From Mytilus trossulus (taxonomy: Eukaryota): a stretch of 64,000 nucleotides of DNA. This document shows positions 27,167 to 36,100 of the stretch, one piece after another. A program made the translations under genes and the position numbers. Positions within the stretch are counted from its first letter, which is position 1. Each line of letters begins with the position of its first letter. The notes under the pieces were generated by a model, which did not search any database, was not told the origin of the DNA, and was given only the letters and a program-made list of their open reading frames with translations. The stretch spans positions 21,018,001 through 21,082,000 of the forward strand of contig NC_086381.1 in NCBI RefSeq assembly GCF_036588685.1. The letters are read 5' to 3'.

Positions 27167-30100
27167 ATGGCAGAACAGGTACAGTCCACATGGCCGTCAA
27201 AGAAATGTGTCTATTTGCACGTTTTCTACATATTATTCGTGTTTTATTAACAGTTTAATTACAATTAAAAAGTATGAATTATCAAAACATGAAATTGAAC
27301 ATTCTACAACAGAAGTAACGCATGTAAACTCAGTAAAGTTAAAGGAAACAAATAAAAGGGGGGTTGTTGGGGCACTAGTTCAAGTCTGTACACAAGTTTG
27401 TCCATCACTAAATATAGAACTGCGTTGCGCCGAAACTTCTTTAAATTAAAATCATTAGAATTTTATTAAGAACGAAATTTTCTTAAACCATGCATTATAT
27501 CGTATTCTCAAAACTTGAAATTTCAGACAAAATGTCTTCCTCTTGCAATGTACAAAATTATACTATGACTATGTGGGGATGCCGTACACACGATTTAGAA
27601 TAATTTTACACATAATACATAGATAATTGCTTTTATATTAAACTTTAATATGTATTTAATTATTTGCTATGTAGTCGCCAATACGGCAATAGCGTGTCAG
27701 CATAGGACCTGCAAGTTTACTGAAAATTATATTCATGAAAAGATAGTAAATGGGCTCAATCTTCTCAAAATGCAAACAATAAGGTGTCGGGCTTGTTTTG
27801 AATTGATTACATTAAATAATAAGTTGATTGGTTTATTGTGAAACACTAGTCCAAATAATTGACGTTTGGCAAGGCTATTTCTTTTTCTGGGACGCCTTCC
27901 TACAACGTCATAACGCCGAAGCCATTTTTTACGTCTGGAGTTAAAGAGCAAATTTTGGGGGAAACTTTGAAACCTAATTTTGACCAACAATTTTTATTGC
28001 CGGTTGAAAAAATTTACGTAGTTACAAAGCCCTACCTTTTTTGTGCTTATTGGTGTAAAATATTTCCAGAAATATCCAAAAGAAAGGATAAAACAAGATA
28101 AGATTCCATTTGAAGTGGGGGAATATTTATTTTGTTTGGCAAAGATTTCCCACAATTACCAACGGCACGTGACTTCGGGTGAATATAAAATTTGAAATCC
28201 AGTAAATTTTAATGGCTACGAATTTCCGGAACGTTCGATTTACATTATCCATAAATTCAGGTCTGTCAAATTTTATATTCAGTAGAAGTCACGTGCCGTT
28301 CTTACAAAAATTGCCAATCCTGCATCACGCTTAACCCACAATTGATCAAAACAATGAAAAGAATTTAGTCCTTCATTTACTAATCCCAAAGACACATTTT
28401 ATAAATTTTCATTAGCAAAATATTAGGGATAAGTATTTTGAGAAACCTTTTGCTCTATAAAAAGCAATGATTCTATCATGCATCTTATATTTAACAACAA
28501 TTCATACACTAGTAACAGTGGACTAATTTAAATGTAATTCAAATTTCTATTTAACAGACAGAAAGGTCGTTTCAAAAGCAGCACACAGTGTTTATGAACA
28601 AGAAGCAAGGTGCTGGAAAAAAGAAGACTCTTAGACATTATTTCAGTGTTGGTCTGGGGTTCAAAACACCCAGAGAGGTAAGAATGTTTACATGTACATT
28701 TATTGCAACCAAAAATTTACATTGTGCCAGTGTGTTGGGACTACAAAAAATTTATTCAGTCATCACAAGTACTTACAAGCCTAGTCCTTTGACCAATGTG
28801 AATGTGTTTTATTAAAGTTGATAACTTGACCAAATGGGACTACTTGAACTTCAAACACAATTGTTTTTGTTTGTACTTTACACTAGAACAAGCCTACACG
28901 GGAATAATGTCGGAATAATTCATGTCTATGGAAAAGTTTGAATAAAGCTGTAAATGATGTTTTATCACGATGGTCTACTGATATCATTGATGAGATGCCT
29001 TATGGCTTTTTTCTGATCCAGCTTTATTCAAAAGATTGCTAGACATCCATGCATATATACATGTACTTCACAGTTTTTGTACCTTTTTTCAAAACAAAGG
29101 GCTAAGAATAGATGTAAGAGGATGTGGTATGAGTGCCAATGAGACAAATCCGTTACAGACATGTTGGAACAACTAAAGTGAACACCACTTGAGAATAGAA
29201 GGAGAGGCGCTATCAATAGGGACTATCAATGCTGTATAAAATCAGGAGGTCATTGTTGCAGCCAGCCACAAACTCATTCCACCAAACCCCACTGTTAAAT
29301 ATTTGTATAGCACCTTTTTGTTTTTGTTTCATATTTAAAAAAATGTAAATAGTATTCATTTTGAGCTCACTGGCTTAAAAGAACATACTTTTCAATATTT
29401 TACCCCTTCAATAATTATTAGACTTTCTATTTTTCTTTTAGAACCAATTCAAGTCCAATTAAAAGCATTGAAATAAATGACTGTCATTTCATAGATATGT
29501 CTACAGTGTATTAAGTCTAGCTGTAAATGATGTTTTATCACGATGGTCTACTGATATCATTGATGAGATGCCTTATGGCTTTTTTCTGATCCAGCTATTA
29601 AATCATTCTAAATATAATCAAAATTTACCTTTGCATTGTTAGATTGATTACTTGAAGCCTTTAAAATCTGAGAACTTCCAATAAGGACTTGTAAATGTAC
29701 ATGTGTTCTGATGATCTTTCATTTCCCTATCAAATATATCTATATAAAAGTTTGATATTTTAACCTTCAACTAACCAAAAAATTAGTGTCATCTTGGAAA
29801 CTTGTCTGAATGTAATCTCAAAATTTTATGTTGTAACAATATTTATTTATTTTTTTTAATATTTAGTTCACCGTCTCAAAAAAACATACTTCTCAATATT
29901 TTAACCCCATTGGCCTGAGTTCGTGAAATCTTTTTTTCCCTGGTGGTCCTTGAAGAAAATCTGCTGGTCCTCACTATTAACTCCATTGAAAAATACTAAA
30001 ATTGTGTCAGTCCTATGCAATATTTTGGTGGTAAAATCCTGAGATCCACCACTTTTCACGAACTAGCTGTAAATGATGTTTTATCACGATGGTCTACTGA

Positions 30101-33100
30101 TATCATTGATGAGATGCCTTATGGCTTTTTTCTGATCCAGCTAATATTAAATCATTCTTAATATATATAAAATATAATTTGAAGTTTCCCTGTGCATTGT
30201 TAGATTGATTTATTGCTGCCTTTAAAATCTGAAAACTTCCACTAAGGGTTTGTGTTCTGATTATCTTTCAGTTTCCTTTCAAATTTATCTGTATAAAAGT
30301 TTGATATTTTTATACCTTCAACTAACAAAAGCACTCATGTTAGCTTTGAAACTTCTCTGAATAAAGTCTTGACTTGTTATCTTGTAATCATATTTCTTGA
30401 CATTTGCCTTATTATATGACATTATCTGAGTAGATCTATATTAATAAAAACAAAAAACGTAAAAAGTATTCATTTTTAGCCCCTTGGCCCAAAAGAACAT
30501 ACTTTTCAATATTTTACCCCTTCAATAATTTTTAGATTTTCTATTTTTCTTTTAGAACCAATTTAAGAAGTCCAATTAAAAGCATTGAATAAATGACTGT
30601 CACTTCATATGTCTAGAGTGTGATTAGTCTAGCTGTAAATGATGTTTTATCACGATGGTCTACTGATATCATTGATGAGATGCCTTATGGCTTTTTTCTG
30701 ATCCAGCTATTAAATCATTCTAAATATAATCAAAATTTACCTTTGCATTGTTAGATTGATTACTTGAAGCCTTTAAAATCTGAGAACTTCCAATAAGGAC
30801 TTGTAAATGTACATGTGTTCTGATGATCTTTCATTTCCCTATCAAATATATCTATATAAAAGTTTGATATTTTAACCTTCAACTAACCAAAAAATTAGTG
30901 TCATCTTGGAAACTTGTCTGAATGTAATCTCAAAATTTTATGTTGTAACAATATTTATTTTTTTTTTTTAATATTTAGTTCACCGTCTCAAAAAAACATA
31001 CTTCTCAATATTTTAACCCCACTGGCCAGAGTTCGTGAAATCTTTTTTTCCCTGGTGGTCCTTGAAGAAAATCTGCTGGTCCTCACTATTACCTCCATTG
31101 AAAAATACTAAAAATGTGTCAGTCCTATGCAATATTTTGGTGGTAAAATCCTGAGATCCACCACTTTTCATGAACTAGCTGTAAATGATGTTTTATCACG
31201 ATGGTCTACTGATGTCATTGATGAGATGCCTTATGGCTTTTTTCTGATCCAGCTAATATTAAATCATTCTGATTAAAATCAGTCACTGTGCACTATTCGA
31301 TTTTCAATGTACAAATGTATTTGTTGCAGTCTGAAAAATTTGAGAACTTTCTATATTTTAACCTTATTTCTTGAATTTTTGTTATATTATGGACTGACCT
31401 GATTTTAAACATTCCATAATGAATAAACAGCATTTTTGCATTGTTTTATTCAGTTGAAGCTCACCTGGCCAAAGAGAATATACATCTCAATATTTTATCC
31501 CTTCTTTAATTTTTAGGTTTCCTGTTTCTCATTTCCGACCATTCCAACAAGTCTTAACCAAAGAGATTAGTATAGCTGTAAATGATGTTTTATCACGATG
31601 GTCTACTGATATCATTGATGAGATGCCTTATGGCTTTTTTCTGATCCAGCTAATATTAAATCATTCTGATTAAAATCAGTCACTGTGCACTATTAGATTT
31701 TCAATGTACAAAATGTATTTGTTGCAGTCTGAAAAATTTGAGAACTTTCTATATTCTTACCTTGTTTCTTGAAATTTTTCTTATTTTATGAACTGACCTG
31801 ATTTAATCGGATGAATAATAATATTCTTACATTGTTTATTCATTTTAAGCTCACCTGTCCAAAAAGAATATACGTTGATGAATAAACAGTACATGTATTC
31901 TTATATTGTTTTATTCATTTTAACCTGACCTAGCCACTATGAATATACATCTCATCCATTCACAATATTTTATCCCTTCTTTAATTTTAAGATTTCCTAT
32001 TTCTCATTTCGGACCATTAGGAGAAGTCTTAACCAAAGATATTTGTGTAGCTGTAAATGATGTTTTATCACGATGGTCTACTGATGTCATTGATGAGATG
32101 CCTTAAGGCTTTTTTCTGATCCAGCAACAAAATCATTCCTACTTTAATTAGAACTCTAAATGTGCACTGGTAGCTTTAACTTGCCGCCTTTAAAATTAGA
32201 ACTTGGAAAAAGGGGTTTGGTTCAGATTTCCCATTTCTCGTTTCTTGTCATAGTTAAGAAGTCTGAATAAAAGAAATAAAAATGATTTCATATGTCTACA
32301 GTGTATTAAGTTGAGCTGTAAATGATGTTTTATCACGATGGTCTACTGAAATCATTGATGAGATGCCTTATGGCTTTTTTCTGATGCAGCAATAAAATCA
32401 TTCCTATTTTAATTAAAACTTTAAATGTACACTGGTAAATTTGATTGTTGCAGCCTTTAAAATTAGAACTTCGAAAAAGGGGTTTGGTTCAGATTTCCCA
32501 TTTCTCGTTTTTAGCTCACCTGGCCCGAAGGGCCAAGTGAGCTTTTCCCATCACTTTGCGTCCGGCGTCCGTCGTCCGTCGTCGTTAACTTTTACAAAAA
32601 TCTTCTCCTCTGAAACTACTGGGCCAAATCAAACCAAACTTGGCCACAATCATCATTGGGGTATCTAGTTTAAAAAATGTGTGGCGTGACCCGGTCAACC
32701 AACCAAGATGGCCGCCAGGGCTAAAAATAGAACATAGGGGTAAAATGCAGTTTTTGGCTTATAACTCAAAAACCAAAGCATTTAGAGCAAATCTGACATG
32801 GGGTAAATATGTTTATCAGGTCAAGATCTATCTGCCCTGAAATTTTCAGATGAATCGGTCAATCGGTTGTTGGGTTGCTGCCCCTGAATTGGTAATTTTA
32901 AGGAAATTTTGCTGTTTTTGGTTTTTATCTTGAATATTATTATAGATAGAGATAAACTGTAAACAGCAATAATGTTCAGCAAAGTAAGATCTACAAATAA
33001 GTCAACATGACCAAAATGGTCAGTTGACCCGTTTAGGAGTTATTGCCCTTTATAGTAAATTTTTAACCATTTTTCGTAAATTAAAGTAATCTTTTACAAA

Positions 33101-36100
33101 AATCTTCTCCTCTGAAACTACTGGGCCAAGTTAATCCAAACTTGGCCACAATCATCTTTGGGGTATCTAGTTTAAAAAATGTGTGGCGTGACCTGGTCAA
33201 CCAACCAAGATGGCCGCCACGGCTAAAAATAGAACATGGGGGTAAAATGCAGTTTTTGGCATATAACTCAAAAACCAAAACCTTTTGAGGAAATTTGACA
33301 TGAGATAAAAATGTTTATCAGGTCAAGATCTATCTGCCCTGAAATTTTCAGATGAATCAGTCAATTGGTTGTTGGGTTGCTGCTCCTGAATTGGTAATTT
33401 TAAGGAAATTTTGCTGTTTTTGGTTTTTATCTTGAATATTATTATAGATAGAGATAAACTGTAAACAGCAATAATGTTCAACAAAGTATTATCTACAAAC
33501 AAGTCAACATGACCGAAATGGTCAGTTGACCTGTTTAGGAGTTATTGCCCTTTATAGTCAATTTTTAACCATTTTTTCGTAAATCTTAGTTATCTTTACA
33601 AAAATCTTCTCCTCTGAAACTACTGGGCCAAATTAATCCAAACTTGGCAACAATCATCTTTGGGGTATCTAGTTTAAAAAATGTGTGGCGTGACCAGGTC
33701 AACCAACCAAGATGGCCACAAAGGCTAAAAATAGAACATAGGGGTAAAATGCAGTTTTTGGCTTATAACTCAAAACCAAAGCATTTAGAGCAATCTGACT
33801 TGGGGTGAATTTGTTTATCAGATCAATATCTATCTGCCCTGTAATTGGAAGATGAATCTGACAACCTGTTGTTGGGTTGCTGCCCGTGAATCGGTAATTT
33901 TAAGGAAATTTTGCTGTTTTTGGTTATTATCTTGAATATTATTATAGATAAAGATAAACTGTAAACAGCAATAATGTTCAGCAAAGTAGGATCTATAAAT
34001 AAGTCAACATGACCGAAATGGTCAATTGACCCCCTAAGGAGTTATTGTCCTTTATAGTCAATTTTTAACAATTTTCATAAAATTTTAAATTTTTAATTAA
34101 CATTTCCACTGATACTACTGGGCCAATTTCAATATAGATAGAGATAATTGTAAGCAGCAAGACTGTTTAGTAAAGTAAGATTTAAAAACACATCACCATC
34201 AACAAAACACAATTTTGTCATGAATTCATCTGCTTCCTTTGTTTAATATTCACATATACCAAGGTGAGCGACACAGGCTCTTTAGAGCCTCTAGTTTGTC
34301 ATAGTTAGAAGTCTGAATAATAAAAATAAGAATAAAAATAACTTTTTTATTTTTATATGCCCATATTGCATTTAGTCTAGCTGTAAGGCCACTTTTTTTT
34401 TATTAGTTGGTTTACGGATCCGCCGACCCTGTTTTTCACGATATTGAAATAAAAATAAAAACGATTTTGAAGATTTTTTTTAATTCCGCCGACCTTTTTC
34501 AGTTTGAAGAAGTACAAATAAAAATAAAAACATGATTAAAAAAGACCGGTCTTTCTTCTTCCAGTCGGAATACCCTCGGAGTGGATTCGGAAATCCCGTG
34601 CGGTTCCCTGTTCAGTGAACGTTTCATGATGATCTAATGTGGTGAAAAGGAACCAGTTGAAAGGCGGTTCCCTGTTCAGTCAACGTTTCATCATGATTTA
34701 ATGCGGTGAAAAGGAACCAGTTGAAAATGGAGGCAACTTCCAAGCAAGGACCGAAGCTAATAAACTCGGCAATCAATGTTACACGCAGGACATCGGGAAA
34801 GTTCGGAGAGCCGACAACCTTGCTTCAGAAGTTGAAATGGAGAACCAGATACGACAGATACGATTTTAATATTGTTGCCTTGGAGAATTTCGGTGTAAAT
34901 CTAACGGTTGAACAAAATAAACATCGCAGTCATGAATAATAAAAATGAAAATTATTTTTGAGATGGTTTGGGAAGTTTGGTTTAAAAGGTCGAACAACCA
35001 CTAACTTGAAACCCTGTTTTAGACAGTCAGTGAGGTTGACGGCAGGTCAACTTTGGTTCAAGTGTTGATCAGAAAGTCTGAAACCCGTCGAAAGGGGTTG
35101 TTTTAGTTTCTTGAGGATTGAGCTCCATTTGTCATTACATATATGAGGTATTAGTCCAAATAATTATGACGTCTGGCAAGGCTTTCTGGCATCCAAGATT
35201 TGTTACAAATAGCCTTGCCAGACGTCACTCAAGGGAAGAATCTTTTAACTTGCTGCCAGGGATGGGTGTCTGATTAATTGGCCTTATTATATAAATACCT
35301 AAATACCATCCCACCGTACCCATTAAGATTTAATGGAACAGAGATGGGATATGGTGAACAGTGTAAAATAGCATAAAAAGCCAAAGAAGGACATGTTTTC
35401 ATGTACCACATATGAAGGCATATGACATGCAGAGCACATATGGTATTTCCTCAATAAGATAGTATTTTCTTATGAGGAATTTTGTCACTCCCTGATCTAA
35501 ATTTGATAAATAAATACACAGAACAAAGAGAAATGCAATCGGTAAAGACACATCCCTTTCATCAGGGACATGCTTTCATCAATCTACATTGACATTGGAC
35601 TCCTTGTAACACATTAAATTTAAATTAAAACAGCAAGAATCAATACCAAATTATGAAACGATCTGCATACATGTTTAGTACAAAATGCATAATACTATCA
35701 TATCTATCTATCTATCTATCTTCCCGTCAAGGAGTGGACTCATTTTTGAGTGTATATACTCCAGCGATTATATTACTATTATATAGAGTAATGTCATTGT
35801 TTGTTTCTCTCCATTTTTGGTTAAAAAAAAACAGTATTCATTCCAATTTTTATTTTTATTTATTTTTCGACCTCCTACCCTACATTTTTTCATTGTTTTT
35901 ATTTTTATTTTTTTTTCGACCTCCTACCCTTCCTTTTTTAAGAAGTATCCCGTAAACCAACTAATAAAAAAAAAGTGGCCTAAATGATGTTTTATCACGA
36001 TGGTCTACTGATAACATTGATGAGATGCCTTATGGCTTTTTTCTGATACAGCACCAAAATCATTCCTATTTATAAACCTAACTTTAAATGTACACTGGTA

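Noticed and set aside
29420-29520. Hidden exons between snoRNA copies (TTTTCTTTTAG acceptor-like sites at ~29440 and ~30554)
   Set aside because: No convincing donor before the next snoRNA and not present in all spacers. Cannot be supported without RNA data.
32441-33278. Short ORFs within the HINE units (also 63199-63420)
   Set aside because: No Rep/helicase motifs; chance frames in a non-autonomous element.
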